NCBI GenBank assembly: GCA_963697335.1
Contig: CAVONQ010000014.1
Span: 96,001 to 160,000 of the forward strand
Source of the DNA: an uncultured cyanobacterium
GTDB taxonomy: Bacteria; Cyanobacteriota; Cyanobacteriia; PCC-6307; Cyanobiaceae
Length of the DNA: 64,000 nucleotides
Direction: 5' to 3'
The notes under the pieces were generated by a model. It made no database searches and was not told where the DNA came from. It was given only the letters and a program-made list of their open reading frames with translations. The position numbers were made by a program, and so were the translations under genes. This document shows positions 29,014-39,387 of this stretch, piece by piece. Within the stretch, counting starts at the first letter, position 1. Each line of letters begins with the position of its first letter.

Positions 29014-29501
29014 AGCACGCTACCTCGGTAATACGGGCCATTCTCTGAGGCCAGATGCGCCCACTGGGTCAGCCAGAGTTCAGCATGAGGGCCCGCTTTA
29101 CGACCAGCCAGAGAGAGTTCGTCGGCATTGGCAATGCTATCCACCCAGATCGTGCGAGCTCCAAAGAACCTGCCGATCCGAATCGCAAAATAGCCAGGTG
29201 CGGCACCGGTGGTGATCACAATGTCGGGCCGCTCCACCCAGATCAAGCGCAGGATGGCCCAGACGAGGCGCAGAAGGCCGAGCTTGTTCCAGCGGTTGGC
29301 ATCAGGGATAAGGCGGAATTCGTCCCCAGGGCTGAGGGTTTGGCGATAACCCGTGTTCGCCGTGGCGAAGACAACCTGGCAATCGGCGAAGGCAGGTCTC
29401 AACCGCAGAAGCTGCACCCAGTGGCCCCCACCGGAGGAGAGGGCAAGAACCCTGATCATCTGGCGGGCAGGCCGGGGGCGAGAAGGGATTCGCTTGAGCA
29501 C
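29010..29501 (-). CDS. PssD/Alg14-like glycosyltransferase subunit
   Basis: SSGGGHWVQL, RPDIVITTGAAP, IWVDSIAN, LTQW. Confidence 0.88.
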   Translation of the reverse strand: MLKRIPSRPRPARQMIRVLALSSGGGHWVQLLRLRPAFADCQVVFATANTGYRQTLSPGDEFRLIPDANRWNKLGLLRLVWAILRLIWVERPDIVITTGAAPGYFAIRIGRFFGARTIWVDSIANADELSLAGRKAGPHAELWLTQWAHLASENGPYYRGSVL

Positions 29502-29502
29502 G

Positions 29503-31122
29503 TCAATCTACCTCCCTGGCAGGGTCGAGAATAGAACGGAGCTTCGGCCATCTGCTTGCCGTTCCCGTCAAACGTAGCAAGGCGCGTAGGCAATACCACG
29601 TGCTGGCCACAGTGAGGCCAATGCCGAAGACAAGAGCTGCCCCCTGAGGTAGAACAAGCTGCAACACAAAGCTGACCCAGCAGGTCAGCAGAAAAGAGAG
29701 ACTTGCCCTGATGTTGTGAGCTGTAAACCTGAAGCCAGTGAGGCTTCGCGCGAGCGGGTAGACGACCAAAGCATGCAGCACGTAGGACAAGATGAAGGCA
29801 ACGCCAGCTCCGCCAAGCCCAAAGGTGCGCAGGCACCACCAAGTGGCGCCAACATTGAAGCTGGCCCAGATGAGCTCAGTAGCCAAGAAAGCGAGGCGTT
29901 TATTTTTAGCCACAATGATATAGCCCATCGGCCAGGTGATCACACGCATGGCCATGCCCAGACAGATCCAGCGCAAGAGCAAAACAGCTGCTTCGAACTT
30001 CGCGCTGTAGAACAGAAATACAACTACAGGTGCAAACGTGATTGTCGCGATGATGCCGGGGGCAGCTAGCAACAGACTGGCCTGGGTCTGCTCATTCACC
30101 GTGATATTGCAGACGTGATGGTCATTGATGACCCCTACGAGCCGCGGGTAAAAGTCCATCCCTAGGGCCTGAAGCACAAAGCCCACATAGAGCCCGCCCA
30201 ACGTCCAGGAGGCCTGATACATCCCTGCAGCATCAAGCCCCAGCGTTCGCAGCACTAATGTGCGTACCGCATAGGCCGCGCCGGCCATCAGCAGGCCGCT
30301 GCCCAGGAACGCCAGCCCCAGCTTGAAAAGTAGGGTGGACTCATGGACAATCTCTGCCGGCCTGGGAGAGACGGGAATGATCCGCACTTGTTGGCCATAC
30401 CACCAGGAAAGAGTGGCCGCAGCGATCGCAGCAGCCACCAAGGAGGGCACGATGCCCCGCTCGGCCATGCTGTAGACGATTGCCACGGTGGCCAGCCCCC
30501 CCAACAGCGCGCCATAGATGGCGACCTGCGCCATGGCTTTCATCCGGCGCATGCCCTGGAGCAGGGCCCCCTGCCCCCCTTCAACCACCCACAGGAAGAG
30601 GGCAAACGAGAGCAGCGCAATCGACGAGGCCTGCTCCTCGTTGCCGAAGGTCAGCCTCGACACGGCGCCGGAATTCATCCAGAGAGCGATGGCGCCGAGA
30701 GCGGCGCACAGCAGAGTCGTCCGCCGCAGCACTGTGGCGGTGAGAGCCAGGCGTTGCTGATCGCCTGAACTGGCGGCTTCAGCAATTTGTCGGACGCCAC
30801 TGCCGGTGAGGCCGAGCTGGGCGATGTTGCGGGACAGCTCCAGGATCATCGTGAACGCGCCCATCAGGCCGATGCCTGCCGGACCGAGCAGCACGGCAAG
30901 GGCCTTATTCCGCAAGGCACCAACAACGACATTGATTAGGGACGCCCCCCCGATCAACGCCGACGACTTCAGAATGGTGCCGAAGGTGCCGCTGGTTTTG
31001 GCGACCTCCGCGTTCGCCACTGCATCGCGGGCATCCGCACCAGTCCGTGACTGGACTGGAGGGGCCGCGGTGCCATCTGGCCCTGTCAACCGGAGCTCCT
31101 GATTCGGGGAGATGGTGCTCAA
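29503..31122 (-). CDS. wzx: Wzx flippase (O-antigen translocase)
   Basis: ILKSSALIGG, KALAVLLGPAGIG, DFYPRL, many TMs; TTG at 31122 lies just after the wcaJ stop (ORF track start 31197). Confidence 0.85.
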   Translation of the reverse strand: MSTISPNQELRLTGPDGTAAPPVQSRTGADARDAVANAEVAKTSGTFGTILKSSALIGGASLINVVVGALRNKALAVLLGPAGIGLMGAFTMILELSRNIAQLGLTGSGVRQIAEAASSGDQQRLALTATVLRRTTLLCAALGAIALWMNSGAVSRLTFGNEEQASSIALLSFALFLWVVEGGQGALLQGMRRMKAMAQVAIYGALLGGLATVAIVYSMAERGIVPSLVAAAIAAATLSWWYGQQVRIIPVSPRPAEIVHESTLLFKLGLAFLGSGLLMAGAAYAVRTLVLRTLGLDAAGMYQASWTLGGLYVGFVLQALGMDFYPRLVGVINDHHVCNITVNEQTQASLLLAAPGIIATITFAPVVVFLFYSAKFEAAVLLLRWICLGMAMRVITWPMGYIIVAKNKRLAFLATELIWASFNVGATWWCLRTFGLGGAGVAFILSYVLHALVVYPLARSLTGFRFTAHNIRASLSFLLTCWVSFVLQLVLPQGAALVFGIGLTVASTWYCLRALLRLTGTASRWPKLRSILDPAREVD

Positions 31123-31124
31123 GA

Positions 31125-32555
31125 TCAGAAGGCCGTATGGGAAAAGATGCTGATCGGCGTTCTCAGAAGAATTTCCAGATCCAGCATCAAGGACCACTCT
31201 CTTTGGTAACGCAGATCATCTTCAACCCGCGTCTGCATGGCCTTCAGGTCTGCCGTTTCGCCACGCCAGCCATCAACCTGAGCCAGACCTGTAATTCCAG
31301 GCTTACAGAGATGGCGCTCCATGTAGCCAGAAATCCGCTTACGGTAAAACTCATTGTGTTCGACGGCATGGGGCCGAGGACCCACCAGGCTCATCGAGCC
31401 ACTGAGCACATTGAAGAGCTGAGGAAGCTCATCCAGAGACCAACGGCGCAGGAAACGTCCCAACGGAGTCACCCGTGGATCGTTGCGCATGGCCTGTCTC
31501 AGGTGGGGCTGATCACCTCGCTCCATCACCGTCATGGTGCGAAATTTAAGGATTTTGAAGGGCCGACCATCAATCCCATACCGATCCTGCAAAAAGAGTA
31601 CAGGGCCAGGGCTGGTGAGCTTGATCAGGGCTGCGATGGTCAGCAGCAAGGGGGATAGCAGTGCCAGCAGACTGAACGAGATCAGAATGTCACTCAAGCG
31701 CTTGATCTGAAGGTCCATGAACACGGACTCCTTCCCCCAAAGACCAATGCAGAAGGCTGAACCGAGCTGCTCCACCTGAAAGCACATTGAGGGATGGGCC
31801 CATTCTGGGATATAATGGACGGGGCTACAGGTGTCTCCAAAGCACTTCAACAGTTCTTCTATCGGTACCGCATCGCCGGAAACATGACTGAAGAAGATCT
31901 TATCAATCCTGTTGGTGTTTAACCACTGCTGCATCTCGTTCAGACCGCCCGCACAGGGGGGCATTCCATCGGGGAGGTCAGGGGCCTGCCCTGAGGGATG
32001 GGGGCAGAACCACACCAGCAGCCTGAGACCCAGATAGGGATTCGCTTCCAATTCCTGGAACACCCGCATGGCCCCATCCCGGTTGCCCCAGAAGAGGACA
32101 AAGCGACTGTTTCCCCCACGACTGCGATAGAGCCGCAGCAGCTTTCGCCCACCAACATGGGTGACCACTAGGACGAGCCACACCGCAAGGGCCCAGAGCC
32201 CCAGATCAACCCGGGAAAGCTGGGTGCTGAGCTTGGTGGCAAAGGCTTCCAAGGAGAGTGCACTCAGCACCAGCAACCAACCCAGGGTCAGCTGGATGAG
32301 GAGCGTGGACAAGCTGCGCTGGCGAAAGGTCTCATAGACCCCGCAGAAAGGCAACACAACAGCGGAAAATATTCCAATCGTAATCACAAAGATCCAGAGC
32401 CATTCCACCGACAACGGAGATCGCTCCCAGTTAGGAATCAGCAAAAATAGCCAAGCGGGAATAAAAATGTCATGGACCCGAAGCAAGCGGGACAAGACAC
32501 CACCATAGAGTTGAAAGTAATGCGGGCGCATCGCTCTATATAGGAAGAGAGGCAA
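31125..32555 (-). CDS. wcaJ: undecaprenyl-phosphate hexose phosphotransferase (priming GT)
   Basis: IKRLSDI, KFRTM, NDPRVT..GRFLRRWSLDELPQLFNVL.GSMSLVGPRP, KPGITGLAQV. Confidence 0.92.
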   Translation of the reverse strand: MPLFLYRAMRPHYFQLYGGVLSRLLRVHDIFIPAWLFLLIPNWERSPLSVEWLWIFVITIGIFSAVVLPFCGVYETFRQRSLSTLLIQLTLGWLLVLSALSLEAFATKLSTQLSRVDLGLWALAVWLVLVVTHVGGRKLLRLYRSRGGNSRFVLFWGNRDGAMRVFQELEANPYLGLRLLVWFCPHPSGQAPDLPDGMPPCAGGLNEMQQWLNTNRIDKIFFSHVSGDAVPIEELLKCFGDTCSPVHYIPEWAHPSMCFQVEQLGSAFCIGLWGKESVFMDLQIKRLSDILISFSLLALLSPLLLTIAALIKLTSPGPVLFLQDRYGIDGRPFKILKFRTMTVMERGDQPHLRQAMRNDPRVTPLGRFLRRWSLDELPQLFNVLSGSMSLVGPRPHAVEHNEFYRKRISGYMERHLCKPGITGLAQVDGWRGETADLKAMQTRVEDDLRYQREWSLMLDLEILLRTPISIFSHTAF

Positions 32556-32986
32556 GGGCTGAGGCGCTGTTGCCTCGGAGCCATCAGCAGATGAATCAAC
32601 AAAAAGGCATTGGAGCGCCAGAATAAAATCACTGACGAAGAGTTATCTCCCCAGTCGCTACTGATTCGGCTTGTCTTGAGCCCAGTGGATTAGACCTTGA
32701 TCAGTTCATCCATGCTTTAGCTTATAAACCCATCACAACCTATGGGGCCCATCAGCTAGCAGACGCTGGTCCGACGCAGGCGCTGCACACCCACAACAAT
32801 TCGGCGCCATGCCAAAAGAGATGTTAAGCGTTGTTTACTCGACTCACTATCGACTTGGTGGCCTGTCTTTGGCAGGGATGCTGCACATTTACGCAGAATC
32901 AGCGCGTTGCAGCAAGGCAGAGGTGTTCAAGCGCCCCGGCTTTGGCCCAGGCGAGGCCCCCAGTCACTTTGGTGAGCCTTCGATCC

Positions 32987-35059
32987 TCAGGCCGTCGGAC
33001 GGTTGACCACAACCCCAAGCAGCTCAGCACCGAGGCTTCTGAAACGCTCGACCGCCTGGGCAGGCAGATCACGCTCCACCTGCTCCAGCCCCACCACCAG
33101 AATCACCCCATCGAGTTCCCTGCTCAACAGCAGGGCATCCGCCACCGCCAGACTGGCGGGGGAGTCGAACAGCACCGTGTCGTAGCCAGGCAGGTTGCGG
33201 ATCAGCGCGACCATGTGTCCACACAGCTCCCCGCTCCAGCTCCTGCAGACCGCCTCAGGGGCGGAGCCGGCGCTTAGCAGGTGCAGATTGGCGCCAAGGG
33301 ACTGGATCACAGCGTCAAGTGCCCTGGAGTCATCCGCCAGCAGGTCTGACAAGCCGACGCCGTTGGTGGCTCCCGCCATCCGGTGGAGACTGGGATGGCG
33401 AAGGTCAGCATCCACCACCAGCACCCGCTGACCCAGATCCGCCAGCGTCTGAGCGAGCCGGGTGGTGATCAGGCTCTTCCCTTCCCCGGCAGCGGCGGAT
33501 GCGATCAGGACCAGCCGCCGTTGGCGGCCAGCTGGCAGCAGCTCCAGCCTGCTGGCCAGATTGCGCATGCTCTCCTGAGCCAGGGGCACCGCATCCGTGT
33601 CCTCCTGGAAGTGGGGCAGATCTCCCAGCAGGGGCAGGGCAAGCTCCTGCTCCACCTCGCCTGAATGATGGTAGCGGCGATCCAGACGATCCCGCAGCAT
33701 GGCCGCGCCGCCGCCAGCCACCGCCCCAAGCACCAGCGTGAGAGCAAGGTTGCGGCCCATGTTGGGCTTGACAGGGCTGGGCTCGAAGCGGGGGGGCGAG
33801 ATGAGTTGCCAGGGCACCGTGCGCTGGGCCTCCTCCAGCCTGAAATCCTCGCGGGTGCTGATGTAAGAGGTGAGGTTCTGCCGTGCCACATCGAGGCGTT
33901 GCTGAATCGCGTCGTACTGCTTGACGAGGCCCGGGTTCGAGGCGAAGCGACGGCTCAGGGCCTGGGCTTGTCGCTCCAGCTCCCTCTGCTCACTCCTCGA
34001 TTCGGCCAGGGAGGCCTCAATGGCATCGCGATCCTTCCGCTGCAGCAGCGACCGGACACGGTTCAAACGGTCCCGCAGACTCCTCACCTGGGGGGCATCT
34101 GGCAGGAAACTCGCCTCAGCTTCGGCCAGTTGCTTCTCCAGATCGCTCACCTGGCCGGCCAAATCCTCTTCACCGCTTCCCTGGGAGCGGGGCACAGACA
34201 ACCGTCCCGAGCGCACCGTGGCCAGGTTCCCGAGCAGCTGGGCCTCCCGCTGCTTCAACGCGCTCAACTGGGCCTCGAGCTTCTGGCGTTGCTCCTGAAT
34301 CGCCTCCCCCTGCTTGAGCGGTTCGAGGAAGTCGTTGCGCCTGCGGAACAGGGAGAGTTGCCCCTGCAGCTCCACCACCTGACTCACCAGGGAAGGAGCC
34401 TGATCATCGAGAAAGGACAGGCCTTCGGCAAGCTTGTCCTGCCTCTGGAGCAGGGAGAAGTCCAGATAGTCTTTGCTGATCGCCTCAAGAATCTTTGCCC
34501 CTTGCCGCGGATCATTCCATTCGAGGGTCACATCGAGAACACCTTCGGCATTGAGGGCAGCCGTTTGAATGCTGAGGCCCTCTTCCAATTGATCCAAGCT
34601 CACCTCCAACCGCGTGGCAATCGGCTGGAGCAGCAACGGACTGCGCAGCACCTGGATGAGGTTGGGGATGTTGGCCGTACTCGAGGGATCCAGGGCCAGA
34701 CCCCTCAGGTTTCCCTGGTCGTTTCCACCACTATTTTCGTAATTGAGGGGATCACTGACGAGCAGGAGGAAGCTTCCGGAATACACAGGGGCGAGCAGGC
34801 GCTTGCCCAGGCTGAACAGCGCGCCCAGGGCAATGACAACGCTGAACACCGTCATCGCCAGGCGCCGGCGCCGTTTCAGGACATCCACAACAGCGGCGAG
34901 GCGCAAGGGCTCCTGGCCCGCTGGGCCGCTCGAGAAGCCGCCACCAGCGTCAGAGACCTCCTGGGGGATCAACACGACCTGGGCCTGGGCGAAATCCGCT
35001 GCGGCCATCCCCGACTGGACAGGGGCCGCTTCTGAAGGAAAGCGCGAGCCGGCGGCCAT
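32987..35059 (-). CDS. wzc: polysaccharide co-polymerase / BY-kinase Wzc (GumC family)
   Basis: two TMs flanking coiled coil, P..P..P motif, Walker A GEGKS, VDADLRHP, FDSPA. Confidence 0.88.
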   Translation of the reverse strand: MAAGSRFPSEAAPVQSGMAAADFAQAQVVLIPQEVSDAGGGFSSGPAGQEPLRLAAVVDVLKRRRRLAMTVFSVVIALGALFSLGKRLLAPVYSGSFLLLVSDPLNYENSGGNDQGNLRGLALDPSSTANIPNLIQVLRSPLLLQPIATRLEVSLDQLEEGLSIQTAALNAEGVLDVTLEWNDPRQGAKILEAISKDYLDFSLLQRQDKLAEGLSFLDDQAPSLVSQVVELQGQLSLFRRRNDFLEPLKQGEAIQEQRQKLEAQLSALKQREAQLLGNLATVRSGRLSVPRSQGSGEEDLAGQVSDLEKQLAEAEASFLPDAPQVRSLRDRLNRVRSLLQRKDRDAIEASLAESRSEQRELERQAQALSRRFASNPGLVKQYDAIQQRLDVARQNLTSYISTREDFRLEEAQRTVPWQLISPPRFEPSPVKPNMGRNLALTLVLGAVAGGGAAMLRDRLDRRYHHSGEVEQELALPLLGDLPHFQEDTDAVPLAQESMRNLASRLELLPAGRQRRLVLIASAAAGEGKSLITTRLAQTLADLGQRVLVVDADLRHPSLHRMAGATNGVGLSDLLADDSRALDAVIQSLGANLHLLSAGSAPEAVCRSWSGELCGHMVALIRNLPGYDTVLFDSPASLAVADALLLSRELDGVILVVGLEQVERDLPAQAVERFRSLGAELLGVVVNRPTA

Positions 35060-35242
35060 GGCGGAGGGCTTCCATTTTGAGCGAACCTTAGTCCAATTCC
35101 AAAGGCCTGATTAGAGAGACGCAGGCACCGGCGCTCCTGAAACTAAAAACTTGCGCGTTTGCACAAAAGTTGCCAGTGTGACAATCGCGCCATCATTTAT
35201 GGCTCAGTGTCTAGGGTTGAGTGGGCCAGATTCCTGGGCTGC

Positions 35243-36412
35243 ATGGATTCCCCAATGGTGCCTGTGAATGGACTGTGGCGTGGTGGACGGAGCAGGCCCC
35301 AGTGCAGAGCCTCCAGGACGCTGGTTGCTTTGATCGCCCTCGGCGGCATCCTGGCCACGAGCAGCCTGCCGCCAACCCCCGCAGCCGCGTCGCAGGCCGG
35401 CCCCCAGGCGATGGGCGGATCCACCAGAAGTCCCGGCAGCGATGCCTACATCCTCGGGCCCGGGGACCAACTGCAAGTCGAGATGCTCGACCCCGTGGTG
35501 AAGGACCTGGGCGGCACCTTCGAAATCCTGAACGACGGGAGCGCCAGCCTGGCCATGCTCGGCTCGGTGGTGCTCGAAGGCCTCACGCTCAACCAGGCGA
35601 CCCAGTGGCTCACCCGCGTCTATGGCCGCTACCTGCGTCGCCCCGAGCTCAACTTGCGCATCGTCCGCCCTCGCCCGGTCCAGGTGTCCCTGGTGGGCGA
35701 AGTGCAGTCCCCGGGCCTCTACGCGCTCACGGACAGCGAACCGTCACAGGCCGAGCCGGCCTCGTCCACATCCACCACAAGCGTCACCGGGTTGCCCACC
35801 GTAGTGACGGCGATCCGCAAAGCCGGCGGACTCACCGCCAACGCCAACCTCAGCGACGTGGTTCTGCGCCGGCGCCTGCCTGGCTCCAGCGAGCAGCTGA
35901 AGGAACGGCGCCTGGACCTGTTGGCCCTGCTGCGGCAGGGGGACAAGCAGCAAAATCCCTTCCTCTTTGATGGCGACACCCTGGTAATCGGCAAGGCGGA
36001 CGTCGTGGAACCCGACGCCATGGAACTGGCCGCCACCAACCTCGCCCCCCCGGAGATTCAGGTGAATGTGGTGGGAGAAGTGGTGGCTCCAGGCCGGATT
36101 CCGCTCCCCGCCAACACCCCATTAGTTCAGGCCGTGCTGGCGGCCGGCGGCCCCGTCACCTTCCGGGGACGGCGGAGTGATGTGGAGCTAGTGCGGATCA
36201 ACCGCAACGGCACCGCCACCCGTGAGTTCTTCCAACTGGACTATTCGCAAGGCATGAGCGGACCTCTCAATCCGCCCCTGCGCAATGGCGATTCGGTAAT
36301 TGTCAACCGCAGCGCCTACGCCAAGGTCTCCGATGCCATCGGCGCAGTGGCCAACCCGATATCGGGGCTGGTCAACATTTTATTGCTTGCTGACATTATC
36401 AACGGCTTGTGA
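35243..36412 (+). CDS. wza: polysaccharide export protein (OPX/Wza, SLBB domains)
   Basis: YILGPGD, DGSASL..LG, VGEV.SPG.Y, KAGGLT, L..GD, VVGEV..PG. Confidence 0.88.
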   Translation: MDSPMVPVNGLWRGGRSRPQCRASRTLVALIALGGILATSSLPPTPAAASQAGPQAMGGSTRSPGSDAYILGPGDQLQVEMLDPVVKDLGGTFEILNDGSASLAMLGSVVLEGLTLNQATQWLTRVYGRYLRRPELNLRIVRPRPVQVSLVGEVQSPGLYALTDSEPSQAEPASSTSTTSVTGLPTVVTAIRKAGGLTANANLSDVVLRRRLPGSSEQLKERRLDLLALLRQGDKQQNPFLFDGDTLVIGKADVVEPDAMELAATNLAPPEIQVNVVGEVVAPGRIPLPANTPLVQAVLAAGGPVTFRGRRSDVELVRINRNGTATREFFQLDYSQGMSGPLNPPLRNGDSVIVNRSAYAKVSDAIGAVANPISGLVNILLLADIINGL

Positions 36413-37290
36413 TGACCAAACCCAGCAACACCAAACCCAGCGTCCTCCAAGTCACCGTCGCGAAATCCGGCGGCTCCGTTCCCCTGCGCCGGTTCGTCGA
36501 TCTGCTCGGCCTGCTGGCCCACGCCGCCACCTTTCTCTGGATTCCACTGCTGGCCTGGGGCATCGTGGAGCGCTGGAACAGCGAGCCAGCCCCGACACTC
36601 ACGCAGCATGTTTCCCCCAGCCCGAGGAGCCCGATCCCCTTGCCGGCGGAGGTGGGGTTGCCCCTGCTTACTCCCTCGGCCCCGCAGAATCCCGCCCTGG
36701 GGGACCTGGGGCTTCGGGCACACAAGCTAGCGGCTCAGGCCATCCCGGCCTCCCTCGCCGTTGCCCTGGCCACGCCGCAACCCCACTCAAGTCATCACAA
36801 TGCCCCACTCACCCCGACGCTGAGCCTGCCCCTGCGCGGTGTCTCGGCCCTGGGCGGGGACATCACCCTCGACGACCTCAAGGCCAAACCTGTGCCGATC
36901 GCCGTGCGCGCCGAGCGCCTCATGTGGAGCCGCTCGCAGGATCCGTTGACACCGCTGCCCCGCCAATGGCGTGACGAGATGCGCACGGCCCTGCCAGCCG
37001 AGGCCAGGCAGGTGGAGGCCCAGGTGGTGCGGGTGCCGGCGCCCCACCTCAAGCAACCGGAGGAGGTGCCGATGGCGATCGACTCCCGTGGGGATGGCTG
37101 GACCCTTGTGACTCCCGCCTCGCCCGCGTCAAGGCAACTGGTGGAGCAGTGGGCCAGCCGCCAGACGCCCCCTCCAGAGGGCTCAGGCCGGGCTGTGGTG
37201 GTGACCCTGGAGCCCATCGACACACTGCCGCCAGAGTCAGAGTCAGGAACGATCACCAGCAGCCTGCCGCCAGAGCCCCCCTCCCGCTGA
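36409..37290 (+). CDS. hypothetical Pro-rich protein with N-terminal TM
   Basis: overlaps wza stop (GTGA); hydrophobic segment followed by Pro-rich region. Confidence 0.6.
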   Translation: MMTKPSNTKPSVLQVTVAKSGGSVPLRRFVDLLGLLAHAATFLWIPLLAWGIVERWNSEPAPTLTQHVSPSPRSPIPLPAEVGLPLLTPSAPQNPALGDLGLRAHKLAAQAIPASLAVALATPQPHSSHHNAPLTPTLSLPLRGVSALGGDITLDDLKAKPVPIAVRAERLMWSRSQDPLTPLPRQWRDEMRTALPAEARQVEAQVVRVPAPHLKQPEEVPMAIDSRGDGWTLVTPASPASRQLVEQWASRQTPPPEGSGRAVVVTLEPIDTLPPESESGTITSSLPPEPPSR

Positions 37291-37297
37291 TCGAGGG

Positions 37298-37915
37298 TCA
37301 GCTGTGCATCCGCGGCTCGGGGTGCAGCTCCGCCAGCAGCGAGGCCTCCAGGCTGGCCAGTTCCTCCAGCCGCGCCACCAACTGCTGGCGTGGCCAGCGC
37401 TGCTCCGCCAGCACCCAGTAGAGGCCGAAGTGGCGGGCCTCACTGGCGAGCAGCGTGGCGTAGAGGGCCCGCAGCTCAGGTTCCGGGCTGTGGGCGGCCA
37501 ACAGGGCCATGCGCTCGTGGCTGCGGGCCTCGATCAGGCCGGCCACCAGGAGGGAATCCAGCAGCCGCTGCGGCTCCTGGCGCCGCACCGCCTTGGCCAG
37601 CCCGGCGCCATAGGGCGGCGGCGCCAGGGGCCGCAGGGCCCCACCGCGCCGCTGCAGCAGGGCCACCACCTGCTCGAAGTGCTCCAGCTCCTCCCGGGCC
37701 AGGGGGCTGAGCGCCTGGGCCAGGGCTGCGTCGCTGGGGTAGCGGAACATCAGCTGCAGGGCCACCCCGGCCGCCTTGCGCTCGCAGTGGGCATGGTCGA
37801 TCAGCACCAGATCGGAATGGGCGATCGCCTGGGCCAGCCAGGCCTGGTGGGTGGGGGCCGCCAGCCAGCGAATGCGGGCGGCAGTCGGGGCGTTCGGGGT
37901 TGAGATCTGAGTCAC
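37298..37915 (-). CDS. miaE: tRNA-(ms2io6A) hydroxylase
   Basis: [36 protein letters not shown]. Confidence 0.93.
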   Translation of the reverse strand: MTQISTPNAPTAARIRWLAAPTHQAWLAQAIAHSDLVLIDHAHCERKAAGVALQLMFRYPSDAALAQALSPLAREELEHFEQVVALLQRRGGALRPLAPPPYGAGLAKAVRRQEPQRLLDSLLVAGLIEARSHERMALLAAHSPEPELRALYATLLASEARHFGLYWVLAEQRWPRQQLVARLEELASLEASLLAELHPEPRMHS

Positions 37916-38352
37916 TGACCGGCCCGCAGCTGGGCCACCAGGCCCTCAAGCCCCAGCAGGTAACTGCCGGCCCCGAAGCCGCAGATCACCCCCACGGCCC
38001 TGTCGGCCAGATGGGAGTGGTGGCGGAAGGGCTCGCGGGCGTGGATGTTGCTGAGGTGCACCTCCACGTAGGGGATGGCCACCGCCAGCAGGGCATCCCG
38101 CAGGGCGATGGAGGTGTGGGTGAAGGCGGCGGCATTGATCACGATGCCGTCCACGGCACCGCGGGCCTGCTGAACCCTGTCCACCAGGGCGCCCTCGTGG
38201 TTGCTCTGGACGCAGTCGATGCTCACGCCCAGGGCCGTGGCGCGCCCGTGCAGATCGGCATTGATCTGCTCCAGGCTGGCGCTGCCGTAGAGCCCGGGCT
38301 CCCGGCTGCCGAGCAAGTTCAGGTTGGGTCCGTGGAGGACGAGGAGATGCAT
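37912..38352 (-). CDS. aroQ: type II 3-dehydroquinate dehydratase
   Basis: [45 protein letters not shown]. Confidence 0.96.
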   Translation of the reverse strand: MHLLVLHGPNLNLLGSREPGLYGSASLEQINADLHGRATALGVSIDCVQSNHEGALVDRVQQARGAVDGIVINAAAFTHTSIALRDALLAVAIPYVEVHLSNIHAREPFRHHSHLADRAVGVICGFGAGSYLLGLEGLVAQLRAGQ

Positions 38353-38406
38353 GGAGGACGGGCTGCTGCCGGCTGAGTCGGCTGGTAAGTTCTTGCGGTG
38401 TGGTTC

Positions 38407-38488
38407 GGGTCGGTGCCCGAGTGGTTAATGGGGGCGGACTGTAAATCCGCTGGCTCTGCCTACGTTGGTTCAAATCCAACCCGGCCCA
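38407..38488 (+). tRNA. tRNA-Tyr(GTA)
   Basis: GGGTCGG..CCGGCCC acceptor stem, GCGGA-CTGTAAA-TCCGC anticodon arm, long variable arm, GTTCAAAT. Confidence 0.97.
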
Positions 38489-38498
38489 TCCTCCACAT

Positions 38499-38570
<72 letters not shown>

Positions 38571-38649
38571 CTTCTTCCCGGTGGCACCCCGGGGAAACCA
38601 CGCTGCCCTGGCTGGAGGCGGCACACTGCGGCCTCTCGCTTGCCAAGCC

Positions 38650-39357
38650 ATGGCCCAGCCCTGCGGACCCGGCCTCGAGGCCTCAGCGCCCACGCCACCA
38701 GCTGAGCCAGTGCTGGTGCTGAGCGAGGCGGAGCGCTTCAAGCTCGACGGCAGCGACGACAGCCTTTTCTATGCCGAGCCGCGCCTGGTGCATCATCTGG
38801 ATGCCGGCTTCCGGCAGCGGCTCAGCGCCCTCTACCGCGAGCGGATCCCCCCCTGCGCCACGGTGCTGGACCTGATGAGCAGCTGGGTGAGCCACCTGCC
38901 CGAGGACGTTCAGTACGACACGGTGATCGGCCACGGGCTCAACGCCAGGGAGCTGGAGGCCAACCCCCGGCTCGACCGCCACTGGGTGCAGAACCTCAAC
39001 ACCAGCCAGCGCCTGCCCCTGGACGACGCCAGCGTCGACGCGGCCCTGATCGTGGCCGGCTGGCAATACCTGCAACAGCCGGAGGCCGTGGCGGCGGAGC
39101 TGCTGCGGGTGGTGCGCCCCCATGGGCAGCTGATCGTGGCCTTCTCGAACCGCATGTTCTTTCAGAAGGCGCCCCAGATCTGGACCGACGGCGGCGACCG
39201 CGACCACCTCACCTATGTGGCCAGGGTGCTGCTGGCCCAGGGCTGGGGCCAACCGGAGCTGGTGGCCGAGGCCACCCGGGCCCCGGGCCCGCTCGGCTGG
39301 GTGGGCGGCCATGGCGATCCGTTCTTCGCCGTGATCAGCGCCCGCCCCGGCAGCTGA
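38650..39357 (+). CDS. class I SAM-dependent methyltransferase
   Basis: DD.LFY.EPRLVHHLD, LDLMSSWVSHLP, GHGLN..EL..N, FSNRMF. Confidence 0.88.
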   Translation: MAQPCGPGLEASAPTPPAEPVLVLSEAERFKLDGSDDSLFYAEPRLVHHLDAGFRQRLSALYRERIPPCATVLDLMSSWVSHLPEDVQYDTVIGHGLNARELEANPRLDRHWVQNLNTSQRLPLDDASVDAALIVAGWQYLQQPEAVAAELLRVVRPHGQLIVAFSNRMFFQKAPQIWTDGGDRDHLTYVARVLLAQGWGQPELVAEATRAPGPLGWVGGHGDPFFAVISARPGS

Positions 39358-39387
39358 GCGAGGGCCCACGGCCCGCCCTCGGCATCC

